A stretch of DNA of 64,000 nucleotides from an uncultured Clostridia bacterium (GTDB lineage Bacteria; Bacillota; Clostridia; Oscillospirales; Ruminococcaceae): the NCBI GenBank assembly GCA_947624745.1, contig CANQLR010000008.1:1480-65479 (forward strand), given 5' to 3'. The notes beneath the pieces were generated by a model, which had not been told where the DNA came from, did not search any database, and was given only the letters and a program-made list of their open reading frames with translations. Each line of letters begins with the position of its first letter. Positions within the stretch are counted from its first letter, which is position 1. Positions 36,802 to 45,624 of this stretch are shown one piece after another. The translations under genes were made by a program, and so were the position numbers.

Positions 36802-36830
36802 AAAAAGCCCCCGTCCGGGGGCTTTTTTGC
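36802..36830. terminator. Bidirectional Rho-independent terminator between the FtsX-like gene and rplL
   Basis: AAAAAGCCCCCG-TC-CGGGGGCTTTTTT. Confidence 0.8.
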
Positions 36831-36850
36831 TGGATTTATTTTCCCCTGTC

Positions 36851-37219
36851 TTACTTGATCTCGACAGTGGCGCCGGCGGCTTCGAGCTTTTCCTTGAGCT
36901 CGTCGGCTTCGGCCTTGGAAGCGCCTTCCTTGACGGCCTTCGGGGCAGCCTCGACGAATTCCTTGGACTCCTTGAGGCCGAGGCCGAGGATATCCTTAAC
37001 GGCCTTGATGACGCCCATCTTGTTGTCGCCGAAGGAGGCGAGGATAACGTCAAACTCGGTCTTTTCGGCAGCGGCGGGAGCAGCGGCTCCGGCGGGAGCG
37101 GCAGCTACGGCGGCGGTAACGCCGAATTCCTCCTGGATAGCGTCAACGAGCTCCTTGAGCTCCAAGACGGAAAGGGCCTTGATATCTTCTACAAACTTAA
37201 TGATCTTTTCGGATGCCAT
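36851..37219 (-). CDS. rplL: 50S ribosomal protein L7/L12
   Basis: 122 aa with an Ala-rich hinge and C-terminal [12 protein letters not shown]...[20 protein letters not shown]. Confidence 0.97.
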   Translation of the reverse strand: MASEKIIKFVEDIKALSVLELKELVDAIQEEFGVTAAVAAAPAGAAAPAAAEKTEFDVILASFGDNKMGVIKAVKDILGLGLKESKEFVEAAPKAVKEGASKAEADELKEKLEAAGATVEIK

Positions 37220-37292
37220 GATAATTTACTCCTTTACTTAATAATGTCTTACGCCGCGTATTTTTTATGCGGCAGCTTTCGCGAGGCGCGGC

Positions 37293-37793
37293 TTAAGCGG
37301 CCTCTTCTCCCTTGTCGGCGACGGCCTGAAGGGTCGCGGCGAGCTTCTGGATCGGGCCCTGGAGGGAACCGACGAGCTGAGCCAGCAGAGTGTCCTTGGA
37401 GGGGATCTTCGACAGAGCCTTTACGCCCTCGGCGTCATAGATCTCGGTGCCGATGAAGCCGGCCTTAAGGACGAAGTTTTCGTGATCCTCGGCGTACTTG
37501 CCCAAGATTCTTGCGGCGGCAGTCTCATCGTCCGAGATGGCGATGGCGGTCGCGCCGGAAAGCACCTCGGTAAGTCCGTCAAGTCCGGCGGCCTGCATCG
37601 CGAACCGAAGAAGAGTGTTCTTCTCGACCGCGTACGCTACGCCGGCTTCCCGAAGCTCCTTGCGAAGCTTGGTGTCGTCTTCGACGGTGATGCCCGAGTA
37701 GTTCACGAGCACGCCCGCCTTGGCTTCCTTCAAAAGTTCGGTGATGTCGGCGACCTTCTGTTTCTTCTGGTTGAGAATGTTTTCGTTTGGCAT
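37293..37793 (-). CDS. rplJ: 50S ribosomal protein L10
   Basis: 166 aa from ATG 37793: NILNQKKQKVADITELLKEAKAGVLVNYSGITVEDDTKLRKELREAGV. Confidence 0.95.
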   Translation of the reverse strand: MPNENILNQKKQKVADITELLKEAKAGVLVNYSGITVEDDTKLRKELREAGVAYAVEKNTLLRFAMQAAGLDGLTEVLSGATAIAISDDETAAARILGKYAEDHENFVLKAGFIGTEIYDAEGVKALSKIPSKDTLLAQLVGSLQGPIQKLAATLQAVADKGEEAA

Positions 37794-37936
37794 TTTGGTT
37801 TCACCACCTGTAATAAATATCCGCCCGAAATTAAAATCCCTTTTCGCAGAGGAAAAGGGACATGAAAAGTCATGCAAAATCCTTTCCTCGGTCGGACTTC
37901 CGCCTTTTGGGCCGCCGACTGTCTTAAGTCCGGGTC
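37794..37936 (-). promoter_or_regulatory. rplJ 5' leader with an attenuator-type hairpin (candidate ribosomal protein L10 leader)
   Basis: The minus strand has a CGGACTT...AAGTCCG stem, followed by TCCCTTTTC-CTCTGC-GAAAAGGGA and TTTTAATTT (plus-strand coordinates 37831-37860), just before the rplJ RBS. Confidence 0.45.
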
Positions 37937-37943
37937 ATCGCAT

Positions 37944-37972
37944 ATTATACCACGCCGTTTTGAGCGTGTCAA
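37944..37972 (-). promoter_or_regulatory. Promoter of rplJ-rplL
   Basis: On the minus strand: TTGACA, a 17-nt spacer, then an extended -10 TGgTATAAT. Confidence 0.6.
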
Positions 37973-37992
37973 GTGTTTTTGAAAATTTTTTG

Positions 37993-38250
37993 CTAAATTA
38001 TCTGGCTCTCGTCGACGTCGTCGCCGATCTCGACGTTCTCGCCGTTTATGAGCTTTTTAAGATTCTCGAATTCCTCGTCCGAAAGGGTGACTCCCTTTCC
38101 CATTCTCGAATGGTCGGGCGACCACTCGCGGATGTCGTACTTCGGGGGATAGTCGTTCCAGCTCACGCGGTTGAACTCCTTCGTCCAGCCCTTTGCGTTC
38201 TCGGAAAGCACCCCGATGGTCTCCTTGATCTCATACTTAAGTTCTGCCAT
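37993..38250 (-). CDS. YdbC/PC4-like single-stranded-DNA-binding small protein (DUF2128)
   Basis: 85 aa: KYEIKETIGVLSENAKGWTKEFNRVSWNDYPPKYDIREWSPDHSRMGKGVTLSDEEFENLKKL closely resembles the YdbC family. Confidence 0.8.
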   Translation of the reverse strand: MAELKYEIKETIGVLSENAKGWTKEFNRVSWNDYPPKYDIREWSPDHSRMGKGVTLSDEEFENLKKLINGENVEIGDDVDESQII

Positions 38251-38256
38251 AATGAT

Positions 38257-39723
38257 CTACTCCTTATATGATTTTTTAAGTAACGGTATTTTTTTGCCTA
38301 TTTTTGCGGGGAGCAAAAACGCCGCCGCCCTCGTCAACTCGCCGAAATTCAGGGCGAAAACGGCGGCAAACATGACTCCCAAGGCTATATAAACATACGC
38401 GCCGGAAAACTGGTTCAGCACGGCCATCACGCAGAGTATCGCCGTGTTCGCGATTATCCCCCAGAGGCTGAATTTGAACCTGATTATCTTCGACGTGTCG
38501 AAAAGCCGGAAGAAGAACACCGAGAAGTATGCCGCGAAGGTCGCCCCGGCGGCGCCGTAGATCCCGAAGCGGGGTATCAGGGCGAAGTTCAGGACTATGT
38601 TTATTATCCCCGCCGCGAGTGAGGTCATGAACGAGCGCTTGGTCCGCTTTTCGGCGATATATACCGAGCCCAAAAACACGTTGAAGCAGGTGAACACCGT
38701 CGCGAGGGTGAGTATCGGCGAATAGAGCATCGCGTCGTGATACGCGGGGTTCACCCAAACGTATGTCAGCGGGCGGTTTATAAGAAGTATTCCCGCCGCC
38801 ATCACATACATGACCGCTTGGTTGAGCTTGAAAACGGTGGTGTAAAAATCCTCACGCCCCGCCGAGCCGTTTTCCTGTATCGCGGACATATTCCACGCCT
38901 GCGAGAACATCGTGAAGATCGTGGTTATGATGGTCGGGATCTTGTAGGCGACGGTGTTTATGCCGTTCAGGGCCTCACCGTGAAAATACACGATGATAAA
39001 GCGGTCGGAGATAGATGTGATCAGCCACAGAAGCGTCGTCGGCACCAGCGGAGCGCAGTAGCGGAGCATCTCCTTAAGAGAGCCGAGGTTTATCTTTGAC
39101 GGCCTGACGTACCTGTAGAGCCCCGCCGCGACGAACAGGAACACGCTTGAGCAGAGGTCGGAGAGGATTATCGCGAGCAAATACCCCTTCGCGCCCATGT
39201 GGAGCTTTAAAAGAAAGACGATATTTAAAACTATCATCAGGAAAGTCGTCAGAACGCCGTCGAACGCAAAGAGCTTCACCTTTTCGAGCGCGCGGGTGAA
39301 GGTCGAGTTGAGCTGCTTCAGGGCCGCCGTCCAGACATATATATAAAGTATCGGCGCAAAGCCGTCAAGATAGCCGAGCCTTGAAAGCGCGGGGAAGATC
39401 AGCGCCATTACGGCGAGGCCGCAAAAGACCGCCGCCAGACAGTCGGAATAAACGGTCTGCCGCCGCTCGTCGGTTTTCGAGTCGAGCCCGAACCGCAGCG
39501 CCGCCTCCGAGACGGAGAGGGTAAATATCGGGAGCAGAATGTTCGCCGTCTGCGCGACAAGGTCTGCCGCGCCGTACATTTCGGGCGAGAGCGCCGAGGT
39601 GTAAAGCGGCACGAGGATCAGCACCAGAAGCTTCGAGCCGAAGGAGCCTATCGCGAAAATGACGGTATTTATCAGAAGCTTCAGATAGCTCTGCTTGCCG
39701 ATCTCCAAATTTCTCACCTCCAT
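38257..39723 (-). CDS. MOP-superfamily polysaccharide/oligosaccharide flippase (Wzx/SpoVB-like)
   Basis: 488 aa from ATG 39723, a multi-TM protein with the N-terminus YLKLLINTVIFAIGSFGSKLLVLILVPLYTSAL. Confidence 0.78.
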   Translation of the reverse strand: MEVRNLEIGKQSYLKLLINTVIFAIGSFGSKLLVLILVPLYTSALSPEMYGAADLVAQTANILLPIFTLSVSEAALRFGLDSKTDERRQTVYSDCLAAVFCGLAVMALIFPALSRLGYLDGFAPILYIYVWTAALKQLNSTFTRALEKVKLFAFDGVLTTFLMIVLNIVFLLKLHMGAKGYLLAIILSDLCSSVFLFVAAGLYRYVRPSKINLGSLKEMLRYCAPLVPTTLLWLITSISDRFIIVYFHGEALNGINTVAYKIPTIITTIFTMFSQAWNMSAIQENGSAGREDFYTTVFKLNQAVMYVMAAGILLINRPLTYVWVNPAYHDAMLYSPILTLATVFTCFNVFLGSVYIAEKRTKRSFMTSLAAGIINIVLNFALIPRFGIYGAAGATFAAYFSVFFFRLFDTSKIIRFKFSLWGIIANTAILCVMAVLNQFSGAYVYIALGVMFAAVFALNFGELTRAAAFLLPAKIGKKIPLLKKSYKE

Positions 39724-39871
39724 CCTTTCTATTATAACGCGCCGGAGCGAAAAAATCAAGGCGCAAAAAAGATTTATTTTCCCAAGCCGAAAAAGGCTTG
39801 AAAATTTTCCCCGCGCATGGTATAATAAAACCGCGGCAGAGCCCGCAAATACTTTGATAAAGGGTGATAAC

Positions 39872-39997
39872 ATGAAGGTTTTCCTTAAGATACTCGCGGC
39901 GGTCGTAAGCCTTACCGGCGCGGCGGTCCTTTTGAAATTCGCGGCGGACGTGATGCAGAGCTGCTCGCACAGCTATATAGACATCAGCGAGGAATAA
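39872..39997 (+). CDS. Small hypothetical membrane peptide
   Basis: 41 aa: MKVFLKILAAVVSLTGAAVLLKF.... It has an AAAGGGTGA RBS and an upstream TTGAAA...TGGTATAAT promoter-like sequence. Confidence 0.35.
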   Translation: MKVFLKILAAVVSLTGAAVLLKFAADVMQSCSHSYIDISEE

Positions 39998-40027
39998 AAT
40001 TTTTTCCGTATTTTTTTCCGAAACCGC

Positions 40028-40056
40028 TTGACAAAACCGAGTTCTCGTGTTAAAAT
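40028..40056 (+). promoter_or_regulatory. Promoter of the rpmG-secE-nusG-rplK-rplA cluster
   Basis: TTGACA (40028-40033), a 17-nt spacer, then TAAAAT (40051-40056). Confidence 0.6.
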
Positions 40057-40279
40057 AGCTTTACCTCTTTGCGGGGCTTTTTTGTGTTGCCCGCAAACAC
40101 CCGGGGCGAGTATGGAAGGCGGCGGCCGTCAGAGGGCGACGTCATAACGGGGACCGTTCATGCAAACGAAACGGCAAAAACCGTACCGTACTTTTATCCG
40201 ATCGGGTGTGACGAGGGAGGCGACTAAATGCGCCTGCCGTTACCCGCGGCGGCGTAAATATCTTCAGGAGGTGCCGAAA

Positions 40280-40429
40280 ATGAGGGTAAACATCACACTG
40301 GCCTGCACCGAGTGCAAGCAACGCAACTACATTTCAAAGAAGAACAAGAAAAACGATCCCGACAGACTTGAAATGAATAAGTATTGCAAGTTCTGCCGCA
40401 AGCACACTCTCCACAGAGAGACCAAGTAA
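40280..40429 (+). CDS. rpmG: 50S ribosomal protein L33
   Basis: 49 aa: [49 protein letters not shown]. Confidence 0.95.
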   Translation: MRVNITLACTECKQRNYISKKNKKNDPDRLEMNKYCKFCRKHTLHRETK

Positions 40430-40441
40430 GGAGGAGAGTAA

Positions 40442-40669
40442 ATGGCTAAGGACGCAAAAAAGCCGAACATCTTTAAAAGAATATTCGGCACGGTCGGGAA
40501 ATTCTTCCGCGACCTTATAGCCGAGGTCAAAAAGGTGACCTGGCCGACCGCTAAGCAGGTACTAAACAACACGGCGGTCGTTTTGGTGGTCTGCATCATC
40601 TGCGGCGTGGCGCTGTTTGCGATAGACTCCGCGTTCGCAGCGATAGTAAGGCTTCTTATTCACGCGTAA
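40442..40669 (+). CDS. secE: Preprotein translocase subunit SecE
   Basis: 75 aa with FFRDLIAEVKKVTWPTAKQVLNNTAVVLVV and a single TM segment. Confidence 0.92.
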   Translation: MAKDAKKPNIFKRIFGTVGKFFRDLIAEVKKVTWPTAKQVLNNTAVVLVVCIICGVALFAIDSAFAAIVRLLIHA

Positions 40670-40705
40670 GCCACCGGCCTGAAAGCTTTTGAAAGGAATG
40701 TTTTT

Positions 40706-41245
40706 ATGGACGCCCAGACAACGGCAAGATGGTATGTCGTACACACATACTCCGGCTATGAGAACAAGGTCGCGCAGAACATAGAAAAGGTGGTCGACAA
40801 CCGCAAGCTGCGCGATACCATTCAGATGGTCAAGGTCCCCGTCGAGATCGTCGAACAGACCGACGCCTCGGGGAAGAAGAAAGAGGCCGAATCGAAGCTG
40901 TTCCCGTCCTATGTTCTCGTCAAGATGGTAATGACCGACGAGACATGGTACATCGTCCGCAACATCCGCGGCGTCACGGGGTTTGTCGGCCCCGGCTCGA
41001 AGCCCGTCCCGCTGACCGATAAGGAGGTCGCGGCGCTCGGAGTAGACGTGAGAAAAGTTCAGGACAGCGTAAACTTCAAGGAGGGCGACGAAGTCACCGT
41101 CTTAGGAGGCCCGTTCGACGGCTGGGTAGGAGTTGTAAGATCCGTCGATCTCGAACAGCAGACGGTGGACATCACCGTTTCAATGTTCGGACGCGAGACC
41201 CCGGCGACGCTTGCGGTCTCGCAGGTCAAAAAGGTCGAGGAATAA
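40706..41245 (+). CDS. nusG: Transcription termination/antitermination factor NusG
   Basis: 179 aa with WYVVHTYSGYENKV (NGN domain) and the KOW motif GDEVTVLGGPFDGWVGVV. Confidence 0.95.
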   Translation: MDAQTTARWYVVHTYSGYENKVAQNIEKVVDNRKLRDTIQMVKVPVEIVEQTDASGKKKEAESKLFPSYVLVKMVMTDETWYIVRNIRGVTGFVGPGSKPVPLTDKEVAALGVDVRKVQDSVNFKEGDEVTVLGGPFDGWVGVVRSVDLEQQTVDITVSMFGRETPATLAVSQVKKVEE

Positions 41246-41332
41246 CCTCGGCAAGAGTGGGAGAACCGAAATTTCAGGGGATACCCCATATCATCGGTTC
41301 GCCTTTTACCACGAATTTGGAGGAAGAAAATT

Positions 41333-41755
41333 ATGGCACAGAAAGTAACAGGCATCATCAAGTTACAGATACCCGCGGGCAAAGCCACCCCTGCTCCCCC
41401 GGTCGGACCGGCTCTCGGTCAGCACGGCGTGAACATCGTGGCCTTCACCAAGGATTTCAACGAGAGGACCAAAAACGACATCGGCCTTATTATCCCGGTA
41501 GTCATCACCGTTTACGCCGACCGTTCGTTCACCTTCATCACCAAGACCCCGCCGGCAGCCGTTCTCATCAAGAAGGCCTGCGGCATCGAGTCGGGCTCGG
41601 GCACTCCGAACAAGACCAAGGTCGCAAAGCTCACCAAGGAGCAGGTCAGAGCGATCGCCGAGCAGAAGCTTCCCGACCTCAACGCGGGTTCGGTAGAGGC
41701 CGCCATGTCCATGATAGCCGGCACCGCCCGCTCCATGGGAGTCACCGTCGAATAA
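41333..41755 (+). CDS. rplK: 50S ribosomal protein L11
   Basis: 140 aa with [27 protein letters not shown]. Confidence 0.97.
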   Translation: MAQKVTGIIKLQIPAGKATPAPPVGPALGQHGVNIVAFTKDFNERTKNDIGLIIPVVITVYADRSFTFITKTPPAAVLIKKACGIESGSGTPNKTKVAKLTKEQVRAIAEQKLPDLNAGSVEAAMSMIAGTARSMGVTVE

Positions 41756-41902
41756 TATGCAGCTTGAGGCCCGGGCGCGGGACAGAAGGCGAGCGGCAGG
41801 CATTCCGCGGACGCCTCGACCGACTGCCGGCTGCTATGGGTCTGACGTGGGAGGTTTCATTAACCGTCTGACCACGATCCTAATCATAAAGGAGTATAAA
41901 TA

Positions 41903-42598
41903 ATGAAACACGGAAAGAAATACAATGACAGCCTCAAGACTGTCGACAAGACCAAAGTTTACGATTCGCTTGAGGCCTGCGAGCTTTGCGCCGCCAACGC
42001 CAAGGCCAAGTTCGACGAGACCGTCGAGGTGCATATCCGCCTCGGCGTAGACTCCCGCCATGCCGACCAGCAGGTCCGCGGCGCCGTCGTTCTTCCGAAC
42101 GGCACCGGCAAAACGGTAAGGACACTTGTTTTCTGCAAGGAGGACAAGTATGAGGACGCAAAGGCCGCCGGCGCGGATTATGTCGGCGGAATGGAGTACG
42201 TCGACAAGATCATGAAGGAAAACTGGATGGACTTCGACGTAGTTATCGCCTCGCCCGACATGATGGGCATCGTCGGCCGCTTGGGTAAGGTCTTAGGTCC
42301 CCGCGGACTCATGCCGAACCCCAAGGCGGGCACCGTTGCCCCCGACGTAGCCAAGGCCGTCACCGAGGCCAAGGCCGGTAAGATCGAGTACAGGCTCGAC
42401 AAGACGAATATCATTCACTGCCCGATCGGCAAGGCTTCCTTCGGCAAGGAGAAGCTCGCCGAGAACTACGAGGCGCTTCTCGAAGCGGTCGTCAAGGCAA
42501 AGCCCGCCGCTGCCAAGGGCCAGTACCTTAGGTCGGTCACCCTCACCTCCACCATGGGCGTGGGTATCAAGTGCAATACCGCGAAGTACGGAGTGTAA
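41903..42598 (+). CDS. rplA: 50S ribosomal protein L1
   Basis: 231 aa with [22 protein letters not shown] and [15 protein letters not shown]. Confidence 0.97.
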   Translation: MKHGKKYNDSLKTVDKTKVYDSLEACELCAANAKAKFDETVEVHIRLGVDSRHADQQVRGAVVLPNGTGKTVRTLVFCKEDKYEDAKAAGADYVGGMEYVDKIMKENWMDFDVVIASPDMMGIVGRLGKVLGPRGLMPNPKAGTVAPDVAKAVTEAKAGKIEYRLDKTNIIHCPIGKASFGKEKLAENYEALLEAVVKAKPAAAKGQYLRSVTLTSTMGVGIKCNTAKYGV

Positions 42599-42705
42599 AT
42601 TATAAGACAACAAAGCCCCGGGCGAACGATGGGTGTCCATAAAGAGGTTTTCAATCAAAAAATTCAATTCAAGGCATCCGTCAAACAGAATTTAGGGCGA
42701 AAATA

Positions 42706-42735
42706 GGGCAAGGATAATCCTTGCTCTATTTTTTA
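42706..42735 (+). terminator. Rho-independent terminator downstream of rplA
   Basis: GGGCAAGGA-TAA-TCCTTGCTC followed by TATTTTTT. Confidence 0.65.
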
Positions 42736-42943
42736 TGTTTCCTTTTACCTCTTCCCAACTTCCTCAAAATTCCTTGATTTTGATATTGTACTCAGAAGCG
42801 CAACTTTCTTGTTTAATTTCAAAGTATTTATATGGTTTAAACGAAAAAGCCTCTGATTTCTCCCAGCTCGCCGCCAACACAAAATTCCCCCGCCCCATTG
42901 AAAAATTACGATTTCTAATATAATATTATTAGAAGGCGGTAAC

Positions 42944-43048
42944 ATGGCAGACTCAAGCATTACAAAAGCGGCTTTGACAAGGGCTTTGCGGGAGCATATG
43001 GAGGAGCAGCAGTTCAAGAAGATCCACATTAGCTTTAATTGGAGATGA
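42944..43048 (+). pseudogene. TetR-family regulator N-terminal fragment (34 codons)
   Basis: MADSSITKAALTRALREHMEEQQFKKIHISFNWR* resembles the start of TetR HTH regulators but stops before the HTH is complete. Confidence 0.4.
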
Positions 43049-43052
43049 CTGT

Positions 43053-43369
43053 ATGAATGAATTATATCAAAAAGCAGACGATTTCTTTTCAGATTTCCGG
43101 GAAGGAAGAAAAATGGTGCTTTCTTCATCTGAAAACGGCAAGTTATCCTCACCGATGATGAGTGTCGTACAAATTGCCGCGAATTATACTTTCGGACTGA
43201 CAGGGCAATGAAAAAGTATAGTCAAATGATGAAGAACAACAAAGTCGCATTATACATAGATAATATCCAAATTGAAGGCAAATGTAACGAAGAGGGATAT
43301 CCATTGGATAACGCCGTGCTTTGCGATATTTATAAGGAATGTTTGAAAGGTTCCTATCGACTCCTTTAG
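43053..43369 (+). pseudogene. Pyridoxamine-5'-phosphate-oxidase-like (flavin-binding split-barrel) gene split into two overlapping frames
   Basis: ORF 43053-43211 (..VLSSSENGKLSSPMMSVVQ..) and ORF 43208-43369 (MKKYSQMMKNNKVALYIDNIQIEGK..) together resemble one PNPOx-family protein. The region is low in G+C. Confidence 0.35.
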
Positions 43370-43471
43370 ATGCACTATACCATATCAACTGTCCTCTCCA
43401 ATTCAAGCTCAAAAAGATTTGCTCAGCCAAATTATGCTTTGTACGGTTTTATTGGACTTTGACGCCTCCTT

Positions 43472-43654
43472 TCACCGGGTCGTGCAGCGTATCCACCCGG
43501 AACTTTTGGCCGGCTTCTCTATACTGTAGTCATGCTCCGAGCCCTTCATGACCTGATCCATTATCATAAAGGATATGAATTCCTCATCGGGCGTAGTTTT
43601 GCCGTCGCCGTCAAGATCAAACAGCGAATCAAAAAAGTCATTGTCCTTTGACAC
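43472..43654 (-). CDS. Small protein with an EF-hand-like DxDxDG loop
   Basis: 60 aa with a GTG start and an AAAGGAG RBS, containing FDLDGDGKTTPDEEF. Confidence 0.35.
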   Translation of the reverse strand: MSKDNDFFDSLFDLDGDGKTTPDEEFISFMIMDQVMKGSEHDYSIEKPAKSSGWIRCTTR

Positions 43655-43686
43655 GGTATCAGCTCCTTTATCTTTTCGCGCCGCGC

Positions 43687-44808
43687 TCAGTCTATCCTCG
43701 ACTTCATCTTCTCGACAACCTCGAAGATCTCCTTATCAATCAAAAACGGCTCTGTAAAGGCGTTGAGGACGATGCCTGCGGGCTTTTTTTCGTTATTTCT
43801 CGCGAGCGGAATGACATCGAGCATATGCTTTTCGACCTTTGAGAAGCCCTTGCTGAGCTCGCCCATTTCCTCCTCGCCCGAAAAAATCGGGAAGAAAAAT
43901 TTGTCGCCGCTTTTCAGAATTTCGGGGATCAGCCGAATGCTCGCCTTGCTTGTGAACGTCTTGCCGACCAGCGAAGATAGGTCGTCACCCGCGCTCTCGA
44001 CAGCCTTTTCAAACGCCTCCCTGTCCGCGTCGCCCAGAACCGCGCTGCACGGAACCCAGACATAGCTGTCCCGCAGCAGCTCAAGCACCTCGAAGAAATT
44101 GTCCTTGGTGCGGTTTTTGTTGAACTCCGCGACCGCCTCCTTCAGCAGCCTGCCGCCCGCTAAATCCTCGGCGGTGAGCTGCCTCGACGGGGTCATGTCG
44201 GAATAGCAGAACACCCTGCCGTCCTCGGTCTTTTGGACATAGAACGCGATGGTTTCACCCTCGTGATAGCCGAAATTCTGCTCGGGCTCGTTCAGGAGAG
44301 TCCCGACAATGAAGTGCTCCATGAGATCGGTAATTTTCGCCCAACAGCCCTCGGGCTTGAGCCCCTTTCGGGTGAGGTAAACAAGAACATCATCGGGGTG
44401 CTCCGGGTCGCGTGAACCGTCCAAAAAAGCCATCTGCCGAGACTTTTCTACCGCAGGCGAAGCATCGTAAGCTTTGAGATTTTCGAGCTTTTTGGCATAC
44501 TTCTTCTTGAGCGAGCCGTCCTTGTCGCCAATCACGAAAAACTCGACGTCGATGACTGCCCCAAGCCGCACAAACGAGCGCTTATCATCGCTGCCCTTGA
44601 AAAAAGCCGCCTTCTCGCCCGAGATTTTACCTCCTGCGAGAACTTCAAGAGTCAACCCCGCGTCGCCGTCGATGTAGCCGTATGTCAGAACGCAGTCCGC
44701 CTTGTCCGCGTTGGGGAAGCCCGCAATGCTTGCCCTGAGAACGTCGTTCAGCCTAAAAACCGCGAAATTTTTGTATAGCCCGCGAAAGCCCGTGTCTTTG
44801 TAGTTCAT
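43687..44808 (-). CDS. Hypothetical protein with a C-terminal SseB-like domain
   Basis: 373 aa from ATG 44808 with an AGGAGG RBS. The C-terminal block IRLIPEILKSGDKFFFPIFSGEEEMGE resembles the SseB family. Confidence 0.6.
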   Translation of the reverse strand: MNYKDTGFRGLYKNFAVFRLNDVLRASIAGFPNADKADCVLTYGYIDGDAGLTLEVLAGGKISGEKAAFFKGSDDKRSFVRLGAVIDVEFFVIGDKDGSLKKKYAKKLENLKAYDASPAVEKSRQMAFLDGSRDPEHPDDVLVYLTRKGLKPEGCWAKITDLMEHFIVGTLLNEPEQNFGYHEGETIAFYVQKTEDGRVFCYSDMTPSRQLTAEDLAGGRLLKEAVAEFNKNRTKDNFFEVLELLRDSYVWVPCSAVLGDADREAFEKAVESAGDDLSSLVGKTFTSKASIRLIPEILKSGDKFFFPIFSGEEEMGELSKGFSKVEKHMLDVIPLARNNEKKPAGIVLNAFTEPFLIDKEIFEVVEKMKSRID

Positions 44809-44821
44809 TTTGTACCTCCTG

Positions 44822-45475
44822 TCAAAAGTCCGTCTCGTCGTCCTCATACCCCATTATACCGCAAAACCGCGTGAATGAAAACGGGTATGCGTTGCTGCCG
44901 TGGAAACACTCCTCCGAGCCGCCCGCGAACCTCACCGTCACGCTCCAGTCCTCGCCGTCCAAAATTCCGGGCAGATTATACGCGCTGTCCCAGTCGCCCA
45001 TGTGGATCTGCCGAAGCCTGGAAATAAGCCGTTCGCGCCCAATTTCGCCTATCTTTTTCCGCGACTCGTTCCCGTACAAAGGGTTAGTTTCGCAGATGAT
45101 TTTCGCGGAGGTCTTGCCGCCGGAAAAGTCTGCGGACAAGGTTTTAGTTATCAAAAAGTGCTTGCTGACCGAGAATTCAATCACCGTAAGCCCATCGAGC
45201 CGAGCATTGAAATCAAGCGCCCGCTGCTCGTCCTCGGTTGGGATATACTCGCCGCCTGCCTCCAAAAGCGCCTTTTTCGCCATATCGAAATAGTCAAGCG
45301 TCATCGTCAGCCGCACACCCCTGCTCGGCTTAATGTCGGGCACAGTGAAATCATTTGATCGCAGCGCGGCTTTAAGCTCGGAGATCTCCCTGCGCAGCCC
45401 GTTAAGTTCCGCAAGAATTTCCTCCGCAGTTTTGCCTTTTAAGCCCATGTAATAGCTTTCGGGCGACATCATCAT
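44822..45475 (-). CDS. Hypothetical protein
   Basis: 217 aa from ATG 45475 with an AAGGAG RBS. The N-terminus is helical and no motif was recognised. Confidence 0.55.
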   Translation of the reverse strand: MMMSPESYYMGLKGKTAEEILAELNGLRREISELKAALRSNDFTVPDIKPSRGVRLTMTLDYFDMAKKALLEAGGEYIPTEDEQRALDFNARLDGLTVIEFSVSKHFLITKTLSADFSGGKTSAKIICETNPLYGNESRKKIGEIGRERLISRLRQIHMGDWDSAYNLPGILDGEDWSVTVRFAGGSEECFHGSNAYPFSFTRFCGIMGYEDDETDF

Positions 45476-45624
45476 AAAATCAGCTCCTTTTGATTTGTTA
45501 AGTATATTGTAGCATGGGAGGTGTACGAAAGTTTGGACTGATGGGGCAGGCAGGGCGATTATGTGTCCGAATTTTTGTACTCCTGCGCTGACAGCACTCC
45601 CCAAAAAAATTGAGGCTTTGCGCC

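Noticed and set aside
41756-41902. 147-nt rplK-rplA spacer as a possible L1-binding regulatory RNA.
   Set aside because: I could not identify a convincing conserved stem or an L1 23S-mimic motif by eye. It would need an Rfam or covariation analysis before being claimed.
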